64,000 bases of DNA, from assembly GCA_964057225.1 (NCBI GenBank), contig OZ059898.1:9300001-9364000 (forward strand), read 5' to 3'. The notes below the pieces were generated by a model. The model worked only from the letters and a program-made list of their open reading frames with translations. It ran no database searches and was not told where the DNA came from. Position 1 is the first letter of the stretch, and each line of letters begins with the position of its first letter. This document shows positions 1 through 13,883 of the stretch, piece after piece. Made by a program: the position numbers and the translations under genes. This stretch comes from Auanema rhodensis. Lineage: Eukaryota > Animalia > Nematoda.

Positions 1-976
1 CTTCCAATAGAACTCACACCAAAATATCATTTCGTATTCAATCTCATGATTTATCACATAATGAAACATTCAAATTATTTTGTATTTAAGCTTGACCGAG
101 ATGCATGTATCCTGCATTTAGCGAACAACAAACACAGTTACTTACCTATTTTTCTTTCTTCCCAAACGCTTTCTCCTCATTTTGCTCTTTATACCTTTCT
201 TGTTCTCCTACTCTTCCTATGCCTCTATTTCAACCCATTTTCGTTCTCTAGTTCTCTTAGTTTGCTTGTTTCCGCCTGATTTCTTTTCCATTTTCTGATG
301 CTGCTAGCCATTTAAAATTCTTTCGAGATCTATGGAAACGGGGGACCTTCGTGTCGTCTTCCGCTTCACAAAAGCATGCCGTTCAAATAATCGAACCTTT
401 ATAACTTTATTCCTTTTACTATATGTATATACTTTTTCCATATTGGTGATTAAACATATGAAAATCATTACTGTAATCGTTTTCTCTTATTCATTTCTAC
501 GTGCAACTGTCTTGTCATTTCAGCATACTCTTTGTAAATCCTCATTCATTTATTCTTCAGCTCTTGATTTTCTCTTGAAAAATAATGCCATTTCTATTGC
601 GTATCCGATTTCCGAAAGACGACGTTTTGAGCATTCAGAGTTGTGAGCTCAAGCTGTCAGATCTGTGCACCCTCGCATTTTTCTCCCCTTTCTGCTATCT
701 TTCCATGTTCATTGGATGGCTAGACGAAAAGACAAGCCAATCGAACATCTATCATGCCAATCCTAGCATCACGTTCATAGCCATCGTCAGATTCTAAATC
801 TTATAATTAATTCATTATTCTTCGTACGGTGGAATCTAGTGGATGCTGCAGTTCCGGAATCTTTATGATGGCTTTTTTCAGGCTGCATAAGCAACTGCGG
901 GGGCTCTAGCCGTAGGAGCTTAGCCTCGTACGGAGAAGCTCGATGTTCCGTGTGCATCAGAAGACAGTTTTCTTCA

Positions 977-3900
977 ATGTGGCATCTCGTCGACGGCAGA
1001 TCCCTCACATCCGAGGCTCTCGCAAAGGCTGCCGTAATTGTTGCTGTCGAGGTATTATTTTGGAGTTGGAAATTTCTAGGAATTGCTGAAAGTTGAAAAA
1101 AATGAACAAATACATAATTTTGAAAGCGAATGAGTAATTTCAATTTAACTTTTAATGTTTCAAATTATAAAATAAAATTCAAGCTTTATGATAATTTGTA
1201 TAGCAACCTTGCGCAGTAAAACTTAACTTTTAAGATTATTCTGAAGCAAACCACAAAAACTTAGTACAAAATAATATAATATTATAGTTTAATTTTCAGA
1301 TTTTGCTACTCGGAACTTCTCTTCTCAATATATGCGTAATATCAACAACTTCGGAGCTATACGATGTCATAGGCTGTTATTTGGTAATTAAATGTTTGTT
1401 TAATGTACAAAAATACTGCGAAATTAGTAAGAACAAGACTAAGGGTAATCTCTCTTTTTTTTTTCGAAAAATTCTTAAAAACAATCGTTGATGCTACTTG
1501 ATAATTAGAAATGGCTTTCTAATTTGTCTAATTGATTCGAGTAATGCGGTTTTCTTTTTATCTATTTCCCTTGAGAAAAGTGAATTTTATGCTTCTAAAA
1601 CATAAATTTTTTTCATCCATGGAAAGCGATATTGGAGAAATATAAATAACCTGAAGCTGAAAAAAGCTTTTTTTTATAAGAAAAAAAGAAAAGAATGAAC
1701 AAGGGAATTTGATCATCCAATATCTTTGAAATGTTTTTCATTGATGAAATATGTTATTTGTGTTGTCAACAGCATATTAGTATTTTATTCTTATATAAGG
1801 TTTTTATATGTCATAAAGTTGTAACGGTCAGTAAAGAGATCAAAAAAAAGTGTCAAAGTGAGGAAACATAAAGAGTGAATAAATGAAATGAAGAGAGATA
1901 AACGAAGAGAGGTAGGTAATTTAAGAGTTGAACTGCTCCAAAATGTTTAAGTGGGAAAAACTTAATGATCTCTATGGTGACGAGACAAACGAAATAAGAT
2001 AATGTCAATGAAATTATACTTATTATTGATGAATATATATATATTCGTTTAAATATTGTACTTGAATATATGAAATATGTGTGTATGTATGTGTGTGTTA
2101 GATTCTTTTTTTCACTATTGGAGGCAATTGGAAATTACGAAAGCCAAAGAAGTGTTGAAAGCAGGGCTTCTCATGTTTCATTACATGTGTTTGCTTATAG
2201 CACAAAGATTTATATTTATACATATACCACTATGTTTCTTTGATTCTATTTTTCGTTAACGAGATAGTTTTGACGAGAAAAAAAAAAGAAAAACAATATG
2301 AAGAAGACAACTTTAGTAGTCGTTCTAATTGAAGCAATAGTAGAAAAATCTGCATAATGAATCACGTACTTGTGTATTCCGAAAAGTTTTTTTTCTTCAG
2401 ATATTACATATACTATTTATATATATTTATACATATAAATAGGATATTTATATATATTATTAACTATTTTATGATATTAAAGTTTAGTTATTGAGTGAAT
2501 TTCAGATTTCCTTATCGGTTGCCGATCTGTTAGCAGCCTTATTCATCATTCCTCTAAGCCTCTATTCAACGCTCGATAGTGAATGGAGATTTTCAGGTTG
2601 GCATATTACTCATTATTTTGTTTTTATGCAATTTTCTGAATTTTTTAATATTTTGTTTAAATCCTGCTATTCTGCACTTTCTCTATCTTTTATTGGAATT
2701 ATTCTTGATTTTTATTTCAGGAGACAATGCTTTATTATGTAAAGGTTCCACATATCTTCAAGTTGCTCTATTTTGTTCCACGGTATACACATTTGCTTGG
2801 ATATGCATTGATAGGTTAGTATCACAATTTCAAAATGTTTTTTTTTAAATATGAAATTGGGTTAATGGTTATATCTCTCTATTACTCAAATTTGTCGTTT
2901 ATATTCCTGAATGACGGAGTATGTATAGAAAAAAATAATTTTACATGACTTTGAGCGTTATATACAAATTGGTGTCTTTGGTTCTCAATAATTTCATTAA
3001 AAAAGAAGTCAAAAAAGGCATAGAAAGAAGTATTGGAGAATAGATAAGGAAGGAGAGAAAACTAGAATCAGAGAGAAGAAGATTGAGTTCCAAATAGAGG
3101 AGCAGGAGCACGGAAGAAAGAGACTCTTCGTTTCCTGCCTGTCATTTCTCTCTCTCCTTTCTCTTTCTCTTTCTCTATATATCTCTCATTTTTTCTATGG
3201 CTATAAATTTACTTTTTCTTGCTCCCAACACTCTTTATGCAGCATTCTGAGTCGTTTCTATTTCTCTTACCCGTCTAGTTTTTTCTTCTAAAGCTTCGAT
3301 ATTGAACATGGACAGCTTAGATGTACATCTGAAACTGCTGATTCGCCTTAAAAGATTAATGAAGAATCAATCAAAAAAATTTAAATCATATATGACATGA
3401 AAACTAAATAAGATTACAACCTTTTTCTTTTTAACTGTCTTCTAAGTTTAAAATTCAATTTGGGACAGAGACAATTACTAAAATATTATGATTTTGAATG
3501 TAATGCAGCAAAAAGAAAAAGAAAAATACTTGTGTTCGGCTTGGCCCGCCATAATCGTTTATTTTACTTCAATTTTCTCTTTTTTTTTCTGTTTGATTGA
3601 AAGAATACCCAAAATTTATCTGAATACTTAATTAACCCACCCATTAATGACGTTATTACCAACAATATTTTACGATGTCATAATAGTCTTAAACTGTTTA
3701 TCTATTCAATGAGTTATATATATATATATATACTTTTTTTTTAAATATATAACTACGTTATATATGAAAAAATTGGATTCTAAAACCAAAACTAATCGAA
3801 GCGGCTTTTGCAGAGAGAGGGGGGGAGGGGGTAAGGTAGGAATAATGAAAAAATATTCATGTTGTCATTTTTCTTTTTTTTTTTTCAATTTATACTAACT

Positions 3901-6221
3901 ATTTTGATATTTATCTAGAGATTAGTTATGCATATATATGTATATACATACATATCTATACATTATACATGCATACGATATATGTACATATTGATGTATA
4001 TCTACATGTGAATTCGATAAGTTTTTTGATACTTATGTTTTTGGATGAATACGACGACTAAAATTGTGTATTCACAATACACGAATTTTCTTTCACAAAC
4101 AATAGGCTTATGAGCATTGTAAGGATCAGATTATACTGATAATTAACATTTTTATTCCGGCTTTTCTGCAGTCATGGCTGAAGCTGCCATCTGAAATTAA
4201 CGAATTGTTAATCCTAAATCCTCCATTCCAGTATATTTGAAATACATATTTTTGATATTATCCTGCTCAATTTTTTATGGGGAATAGTAAAAAACATGTT
4301 GTTAAACACAAAAATTAAAACATTTATAATTAAGAATATTTGTTTGAAAGAAATATTAAAAATATGAATAAAAACATATGTGAACTTCAATCAACGTTTC
4401 ACAACAAGCTATTTCATGTATATGAAATGTTTCAAAATTTCAATTTTACTGTTCTTCTGGCTGTTTCTTATTATATTTCATCTTTTTTTCTTCTTTTTGG
4501 TCATCTTCATTTTCTTTTTAGCGAGCATCTGCTTAAGCCTAATTAGGTTCTAAGCTGTGAGTAGCCCTCTCTCACTCTGTTCCTCTTGTTTTACTTTTCA
4601 CTTCACTACTCAACCAGGTTGCTTAAAGTTTAGCATAAAAAAGAAGGGAAAGCCGACAAAAAGTCTAAAACCATGCTATATATATACTATATAAGTGTAT
4701 AACTAAAAGAAAATTAACAACCATTGTATTAAACTTTAATTTCAGATATTCTGCAATGATGAAACCATCTCGATATGCTGACCAGTCGTTAACAAGATGC
4801 AAATGTTGGATTGTATTTAGTTGGATAACATCTTTGTTATTATGCTGTCCAATAGTTGTAGCTCAAATGCAGGTAAAATAATATTTTCTTATTTTTCTTC
4901 TAATTATTGAAGTTGAAATCTTCTTTCAATTTGTTTCATAATTTTCATTACAATTTCTTGTGAGAAAGCAGATGTTTTAAGCATTTTCACACAAACAAAA
5001 GTTGTAACTCTTGTGCATAATTTCTCTTTCTCTCTTCTTCCATCACGTAGTCCATGTCCTCAACTACTGGAATGCCCGCCACCCCTACACAAACTAGGGA
5101 ACATAGTGATGATACCTTGTTGCAAGGGGCGTTGTGGGGACTAGAGCTGATTGAATTTATTTATTTATTTCGCAACTATAATTTGTGGATTATGAGCAAA
5201 AACAATATTTTTAGAAAAGACTAGTTGCTGAACTCGTTTATAAAGAAAATCATGATAATGCGTTAAAGCAATTTTGAATAAAAATTCAATGTTTTTATTA
5301 TTTGCTGTGTTTATTTATAAAAATAACGAAATAAACATCATTGATAAATGTTATTATAGGTTGTCTTCTATGAAGATGCTCAGCTATGTGTATTAGATTG
5401 GACAGCAACTTCAGCATACAGTTTAACTATAATTTTACTTGTCTTTCTACCAACTTTAGTAACTGTTTTCAATACTGGATATAAGATTATGAAAGCTATG
5501 AGATACCCAGATGAGGTAAGAACTGTTACTCAACTTTTTTTCTTGAATTCAAATAGTTCTGAATGATACAATTTTTGGGATACACATATTGAATAGACGC
5601 AAAAGTCTTCTATTCCAGTTTTGCATCAGATGATGATGATGATGCAGACTCATTTAGAACCAATGTTTCCAAATAGAGCAATTTAATAAACTTTCACATT
5701 CCGGCTCCACTAGTATGTGTGCGATTCCTTCAATAAAACAAATATTATAAAAGAAAAGCATATGCAGCTTATATTTAAAAAGCTTGTTTAGTGTATAGGG
5801 AAAGAACATACGAATAATATTAAATAAATATTAATAAAGCATATTTTAGTTAGAAGATAGTCAACGTATGGTAATTGAAACAGATCCAAACTTTGTTTTA
5901 ACCATGTTTCTTCTGGTAGCATTTGTGATGTCATGGATGCCTCTGTTGTGTTTGAAAGTATTTGAATACATAGTTCCTCCACAGCCTGATACGGATCTAT
6001 CATTGGTACTTTACATTCATATTACTAATCATAATTTGATTTATCTTAAGGTTACGTTTATCTTCTGTTGGTTAGCACTAGCCGGTCCATCATCAAAATT
6101 TCTTATTTATATGTTTATCAATAGTTCATACCGTAGCAGCTTTTTTAACATTATTTCTTGTTGCTGTTTCTTTCGACGTCGTCAAGAGTATCGAGATATT
6201 GGATTCAATTCCTATTTATAG
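977..6221 (+). CDS. Orphan class A (rhodopsin-like) GPCR, about 317 aa, 8 exons
   Basis: Exons 977-1051, 1300-1383, 2506-2596, 2721-2814, 4746-4872, 5360-5515, 5850-6005 and 6051-6221 join in frame through GT-AG introns. Motifs: TM2 [10 protein letters not shown]3 CIDRY, TM4 W, TM6 SWMPL, TM7 KFLIY, and a C-terminal Cys cluster. Confidence 0.9.
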
Positions 6222-7509
6222 TTATTGATTACCAATACTATGATGTCCTTACTAATTCTCAATTTTTACATTGAAAGATGTTGATTGCCCTGAGGGTATC
6301 ATGTCCAAATCAAGTTATAATCACGATAGGCAGCAAACACTGGCCTATTTAGTTCTATTTAGTTTGCAAGCTATTCGGTTTTATTTCTGAGAATGTTTAT
6401 AAACATTTTCGGGATCTTTCTTTGAACACAGTGATGTGCTAAGAGTTACTATCACGAACAAAGTTTAAGCTAATCCAAACTGAATTTTGGTTTTTGAAGG
6501 AAGTTATTTGAACTATTTCTATATCCTGTTCGTCTACTTTTCTTTAGTTCTGGACTGTTGGGTACAGTCATAAAAATTTGTTTCGGGTTTTCTACGAAAA
6601 AGACCACCAAACCACACAACTTTAGTTTTGCTATTTGCTTTGATTTCCATAATTTTTTATTCTAAAAACAATTTAAATGCAATGTCATATATTAACAACG
6701 CATTCTGAACTGTTTTTCAATTATATTATGAGATTGACTGCTCATAATTATTGACTGACAGAAAGAATCATTTCATTACAACGCAATTATGAATAAACTT
6801 CTGGAACTCATTCTATCGCCTCTTTTCTCTTTATTTTCTTTTTGTTTTCATTCTCTTCTCCCTACATCTTTTATGCTCTTTCTCTCTTCATCTTCTATTG
6901 TTGCACACATTCGTGCTCTCCCTAATATTTCTATTTCTCTCATATTCTTTATCTATCAAGGTGTTTATTATACTGTTTATTAGATATTTTGTGGGACAAA
7001 ACAAAACTACTATATTGCTCATATACAAATGCTCCTCAACTGTATCCTTTTATCTGTTATTCATTTAATCCTGTTTTCACAACATATTCAAGAAAACTAT
7101 CTATGTGGAATTTTGTCAAAAGAATAGAAATAATTAAGAGCGTATAAGAACTTTGATGAAAAACAACAAAATGCTTTACGTTGAAAATTATATTTGAATC
7201 TCTTGTTAATTTTTATTATATTTATTCATTTAAGAAAAAAAAACTGTTATACAAATTCTTATTTACTGTTTATCATCACATCCCACATAATGCTCATTAC
7301 AAAAAGAAATGATACAATGAATTTCTTATTTTGTAAAATAGCTATTGGGATTCAAAAAGAAATGTATTATTAGTTAAGAACCTTTATATTTGTATTAACA
7401 GAATTCTATTAATTTTTAATAAATATATATGTATTTAAATAAATAAAAAAAAACTATTTTAAAGTATTTTTTTATATTCTTATATATATAATGAGTAGCA
7501 AAATTTTTA

Positions 7510-8780
7510 TTAAGTATGTCTCCGAGTAGGTAATTCTAATCCTGATGGCAGTATATGTGAGGGAGCAGTAATTGATTTCCAACAGGATTTGATTGTATTG
7601 TACTTCACATTTTTCTGAATCTGAAAACAAATTTATTCAACCGGTAATGAATAGGAGGCTTAATTTACTTCTTTGTTTCTACATAGATAAACCATAGAGT
7701 TAACACCACTGTATGCTATCAGCATCATAATTGTTAAAGCATCGAAATATTCTGAATCGTGCAGTCCAAGAAATGGAAATCCAAAGAAACTCATCCAACT
7801 TATGGCATATGTGAGAAATATTAATAAGAAATGGAAACAAGCCCTGAATAAATTAAGTATTTAAGAAACTTCGTATTGAGTTCTCACCAAATCTCTTGCT
7901 TAGTAACGTCTAGCTTACTTTCACGTCTAAGCCGATATATATGTGAGAAGATCTGAATAGAGATATATGTTCATTCTCCATATTTCAAATTTTTTAATAA
8001 ACGAACAGCTATATATGATGATGAACTTATTACAGTTGCTATTACATCAATTGGAAAATCAAATATCAGTAAAGAAATATTTGTTTCAGTAGCATTATGA
8101 GGCATAAAGGTATAGCCAATATGATTTGGGTTTACAATTAACCTAAATTTGATCTGAAAAGTGAATAATTTGCTTTTATTAAACCTGCAGCAAGGTGATA
8201 AGAATTGAGCATATATGGTCATAGTTGATGATGATATGATTACAGCTAATAAAATGATATAAACACGTTTTCTTGTAAATATTTGTGATTTAGGAATTAC
8301 AATTATACAAAATCTAGTATGATAACATATAAATGACATCTTAAAGTTAATACCTATTAATGGCCATAACTATCTGAATGTAACTTCCAACAAACCAAAA
8401 TTGAATAAATAGAACTGATAAAACGGTAACAACGAAATAGTTCGTACTAGAAAAAATTTTATCCTGTGAAAGAAAATATTTAATTATTATCATTTTAAAG
8501 TATGAAACTTCGTGAAGTACCGCCATAGCTATATAAAATGAATGAATAAATAATTGTAAAGTATCAACAATCATATTACTTCCAGTAATCAAATATACTG
8601 GATTATCTTTTAAAGCATATAATTTTCCCCTTAAAAATATTTTAAAATTTATTTCTTATTATATATTATAATTATTTTTTACTTATATATGCTGTAAAGA
8701 CATAAAAGATTAGTACAAATAAATGTCCATATTTCTAAATTCAGGATAAGCGTTAATCCCATGCGTATTACAGGTTCCAT
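7510..8780 (-). CDS. Nematode serpentine chemoreceptor, Srx-like
   Basis: Spliced hydrophobic 7TM product starting MEPVIRMGLTLIL. Contains QIVMAINR|F, IFTRK and PCC, plus NISLLIFDFP, all typical of the Srx family. Confidence 0.75.
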
Positions 8781-10142
8781 TATGCAAAATTGGATCTAGA
8801 ATAGATGTAGATATGAATATTGATAAATCTATAAACAAGAATTTTAAAATTTTAAAGAAAATATGAAACATATCTTCAAGATGTTATAAAATAGGTGTTA
8901 ATATTAAAAAAATTTCATTCTTCAATAGGTACAATTATTTTATTTTTGTATTTTATATGAGAAAGAATCTAATATCTATCTCTAAGTTTACAATTAATTT
9001 TACAATTTGTCTTTTATAAACTATATATTTAATACAATACTTACAATTCATGTATATACAGATTGTATTTTTAAAAATTTTTGTAGTTAACCAAAGTTAA
9101 CATGTTGTTTTTAATGAATTTGCGTCATATTTCTTGACCAACTTAAGGATTTAGCAAAACTTGTTTGTTAAAAGTATACAAAAAATAAAGAAAATATGAA
9201 TAGTCGTGGTTAGGTGTAAAGATAACATAATGGATGTACTTTAATAGAATTTCACTAATATTTTATTATTCATATATTATATTTCCGATATTCTTAACTT
9301 CTTTTTTTACAAAAATTTCACTTTCCTTGTGGCTGGTCCAATTCTTCTTGAGTGGTGATTGGTCAAATCGTCGTCATCTGCGCCACAGGCGTTCTTCTTG
9401 CTGTCGTCCGTAAAATTTCATTCATTCACTTCGCTTCGCTTGACCCATATTACAACTATCCATATATCGTTTACATTTCGCTCATTCAGTTCGCTTTTCA
9501 TTTCTTGACAACAGTTGAAAGATTATCATTTCAACTTGTTTCACACTTTCTTTGAAGATTTCATCGTTTTGTCGTTTGTTGAACCTATCCTACTATATCA
9601 TAATCAAGATAAGTGTTTTCAAACGTTATCCAATGTAAATCATACAATAAGCAATGAATCAGTTAAGACAACTATTTTATCCATTCAGTTTCATATCATC
9701 ATTTCTAATCTAGCAACCTCATTGTCTCAAACTTGTAAGACTTTTTAACAAATTCCTTCCTGTCCTGTCTATTTTAAGCTAAACTATCCGTATTGGCTAA
9801 AACTATCCGTATATTGCAAAAAGCCTATCGCAACAACAGATTTATTAATTTCAATATGCGATCTATTCTAAAAACTTCAAAAATCGGTTAATTTGTGTAT
9901 TTTTTGTACTAATTAACTATTGTATTGCAATTTCTTCAGATACATTCTATTAAATACGACATTCGATTATACTATCGACTGACCTTTTTCGGAAATTGTG
10001 GTTACGGTCAATAGATCTATTTTCCACAATATTGCTGTCCCATATATTTCTTTCCCTTTCGTCTAATTATTTTGAATTGGAATGTAAAATTCGATAATTT
10101 TTACTTTGATTTCAATAAGTACATATGTACATATGAAAATAA

Positions 10143-10623
10143 GGCGCTGGTATTGTTTCGCCCACCCCCCCCCCTAATAATCAGAGAGTTAACATTAGAG
10201 CGCGCTTATAACATTTTGGGCACACACCAGCTTTGCATAAACTAGCGGGAGTGCTCTATCCCAGATCCGGGGGGTCTGGGGGGGTATCCCCCCCAGATAG
10301 AGAAAGCTTCAACAAAATTTAAAAGTATTAAACTCGCAGAAATGAGACTGTATTTTCGAGTAAATAACGCATGATCTAAGATAACATTTTGGGCACGCAC
10401 TAGCTTTGCATAAACCAGCGGGAGTGCTCTATCCCAAATCCGGGGGGTCTGGGGGGGTATCCCCCCCAGATAGAGAGGGCTTCAACAAAACTTAAAAGTA
10501 TTAAAAGTATCAGAGAGAGCACTCCCACTCGCAGAGATGAGACTCTTTATTTTCAGGTAAAAAACGCATGCGCTCTAATGTTAACTCTTAGGGGGGGGGG
10601 GTGGGCGAAACGATACCAGCCCC
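10143..10623. mobile_element. Non-autonomous DNA transposon (MITE), Merlin-like
   Basis: Imperfect terminal inverted repeats of about 55-60 bp: GGCGCTGGTATTGTTTCGCCCAC(C)nTA...AGAGTTAACATTAGAGCGC on the left and GCGCTCTAATGTTAACTCT-TA(G)nTGGGCGAAACGATACCAGCCCC on the right. Exact 8-bp direct repeat GAAAATAA at 10135-10142 and 10624-10631. No coding capacity. Confidence 0.9.
10208..10570. repeat. Two-copy internal tandem duplication (period 173 bp) inside the MITE
   Basis: ATAACATTTTGGGCAC starts at 10208 and again at 10381. Each unit contains the hairpin TCTGGGGGGG-TAT-CCCCCCCAGA. Confidence 0.9.
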
Positions 10624-10677
10624 GAAAATAATTATAAATACTAGAAAGTTAAAAAAGAATCTTACAGGTAAACCTCA

Positions 10678-12675
10678 ATGGAGGTTCGAAAACGATTATC
10701 TAATACAGAATTGGATGAATGTAATAATCATAAATTGATTAATTTTAATAATAATAATATAACAAAAGAAAACAATGAACTTAAAACGAATACTAAGCCA
10801 GAAAGAAAAACAAAGGATTTTAAAGAGAAAGTTTTTGTTGAACGAGAATCTCTCTTAACGTAAGTATCTAACATATTTTTAAAAAATGTTTTGATTTCCT
10901 ATTTATAGAACCCTTATTCGGGATGGAGAAATGCGCATTGTTTTCAACTTTTTTATGGCCATTTTTATTCTTTTTTTCCTTCGAGCTATGATTGATGATA
11001 TTTTTGTTCATAAAATGTAAGTTTTCTGATATCCACGTGTTTTACAAAACTTTTTCATGTTGTTCTTTGTTAAAAATATTCTATCTATCTTCTTCAGGTT
11101 GTTTCATCACACATGGCTTATATGGTGGAATTTTCAATCTTTTCCGGAAACAATGTTTGTATGGTCTATCCTTTTTGCTTCAACTTTTATTCCTTATAAA
11201 ATATTGAAAATTTGGTCTTCATATCCAGCAGATAAACAAACTATTCGTAATCAAGTAAATTAATTTTTAATCTTTTTTTATCTAAAAGGACACATTTAGG
11301 GATTTGCTTTACTATTCGCTTATTCGATTTATTTCGTTAGCTTTTTTTATTTTTCTTTGAAATTTCTTTATGGTTGGGAACTCAAATGTGCATGTTCATT
11401 CATTATAACATGTGAGACGGTAAGAAAAATCCTTTCAAACCACGATATTGATGAGAATAAACTTTCTTTTAGACAAGATTAATGATGAAAGTACATTCAT
11501 TTTTACGTGAAACTGTACCAAAAGTATTAAATAAAAAGCTTCTATTGAATTCTAATGTAAGATTTTTTAAAAATTGTTTTTAATACAAATTTATGTGTTC
11601 AGAAAGATGACAATATTACATATCCAACTGTTAACCAATATGTCTATTTTATGTTCTGTCCTTCATTCTTGTATCGAGATGAATATCCAAGGTTTTTTTT
11701 TGAAAAACACAAAGCTTTTAGTTATTTTACAACTATTTAGATCTAAAACACGCGACTGGAAAGTGGTAGGTTATTATTTTGCGCAGTGTTTCATAGTAAT
11801 CGAATGTGTAAATTTAACTTTTACACAATATGTGCAACCTTGGTTAAGTGATGTTGATGTAAGAAATCTTTTTTTTTTAATGTCATCAATCCACCTTTTT
11901 CCAGTTATCCTATATTTCTATTTGTGAAGGATTTTTGAACATCTTCGCTGCTATTCTTCCAGGAATAATATGTCTACTTTGTCTCTTTTATGGACTTCTA
12001 CACTGCTGGCTCAACGCATTCTCTGAAATGCTAATGTTTGCAGATAGACAGTTTTATATGGTATAACTGCATAACAAATTTTAATTTTAATTTCAATTAT
12101 TAGAATTGGTGGAGTTCAGATAACATGGCTGAATATTATCGTAACTGGAATCTAGTAGTACATGATTGGTTATATGCTTATGTTTACAAAGACGTATCCA
12201 ATGTATAAGTTTTTAATTTATTTATTACTATATCTAATAACATTTACAGCTTATAACTGGAAAGAAAGGATTAAAAATAGCTCAAATTTGTGTTTTCTTT
12301 TTATCAGCTATTTTTCATGAATATTGGTTTGGTGTAGCTTTCCGAGTATTCTACCCAGTTATGTTCATGTTGTATTTTGTATTCGGAGGTAATTCAACAT
12401 TTGAAATAAGAATATGAATCATTATCTATATTTCAGGAATATTTTTCTCAGTTTCTAGATTAATTAGAAGCAAAGCTGCTTGGAACACAGCACTTTGGTT
12501 TAATCTCCTTATTGGTTAGTCTTTCATAAATCTTTTTAAAATACCAACTTCATTAGGTACGGGTATGTTTGTTGCTTTCTATGGACAAGAATGGTATGCT
12601 AGAGAGGAATGCAAACCAAATTCAGGAGTTGTATCAGATAGTTTACTACCACGTCACTGGACATGTGTATATTGA
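10678..12675 (+). CDS. mboa-1: Sterol O-acyltransferase (SOAT/ACAT, MBOAT family)
   Basis: Spliced product contains [66 protein letters not shown], catalytic SAIFHEY and QEWYAR. Confidence 0.93.
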
Positions 12676-13883
12676 AAAATCTAATAACCGTAAACAATAA
12701 TTTAGATTCAAAAATAGAATAAATATTATATTTGAAAGTCTTTTAGTTTTGTTAGAATTATAAACAGTTATCTATTTGAAACGTTTTGTTTATTTTATGA
12801 ATTGATATGCAATTAATTGATAACATTGAGTCTAAATGAACTTAATTCATGAGTTTTTCTACATTCATCTATATGAAAAATACTAAAATATTCCGAAAAA
12901 AATGTTTTTGTAAGCGAAAAACATTAAATTTAAGACCTGTTTTATCTAACTTTTAACAATGAACCAACAAATTTCTTTCCTTTCACTATTCCACATGTGC
13001 CACATTTAGTTATAATGACCTTCTGATATAGTTCAGAAGATATGATATTCTTTCAGTTTTTAATATAATTTGCCTTCTCATTAAAATATTTATTTAAAAA
13101 ATAACTTTCAGCAATATATTTTATTTTGAACTTCTCAACTATAACAACTTTATCTTAAGAACCATCTCTCTCCTTCATCAGATTATTCAAATGTTTTCAA
13201 ATCTTACAATGAGAAGCAAGAAGTCATATGCGTACTTAACTTATACTCGTTTTGTTCAAATTCTTAATATATTGAGAAGCAAAAAAAATATTGTCTCATG
13301 TTAGTTTCTCAACTGGATTTCTATGCACAACCTAACAACGCATTCCTTGATGCGGTGCCGGACTGTTGAGCACAACTACAGCTAATCTTCAAATCCAACA
13401 CTTTAACTCTATTCTTTCTTAATTATTCGTTTATTCGTCTCTTCTAACGTAATTAGCTATACAAATTGGATCAATTACATAACTTTCACAACTAATTATC
13501 AAGTCCGTATTGTCACTGATCTATCATTCTTATCAACATCCCTTACAATCGCTAACAAATCAGAACACTCGATGATCAGGAAGATTGGATAGCGGTTAGT
13601 CAATCCAACTTCATCTTGGAATAAACGTTTCATCTATATTCGCTATATGCTTGTGATGAAACTCAACTAATTTTCTATCAGTTTTTATCTAATTCTTATC
13701 CAAGTTTCTAAAAGCATTTTTCTCAGCTTTGTTTATAGATTTATTCGAAGTCAATATAATTTTTTTTTATTTTTAAGAGAGACGTTCACAATTATGAAAT
13801 GTCTTTATAGTAACAGGCACATTTGCAATTCTTCGTGTCGTTTTGCAAATCTTTAATATATTATTATCTACTTTTGTGTTCAG

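Noticed and set aside
46-1143. Several 70-118 aa ORFs on both strands
   Set aside because: Low-complexity F/L/S-rich translations of pyrimidine-rich upstream sequence, or antisense to GPCR exon 1. No splice-supported model.
9300-9815. Moderately GC-rich tract with short ORFs and a small direct repeat (AAACTATCCGTAT twice)
   Set aside because: No continuous frame, TIR or TSD. More likely promoter sequence or a decayed repeat.
6693-13345. Identical 13-mer TAACAACGCATTC at about 6693 and 13333
   Set aside because: A two-copy 13-mer is expected by chance in 64 kb of AT-rich sequence.
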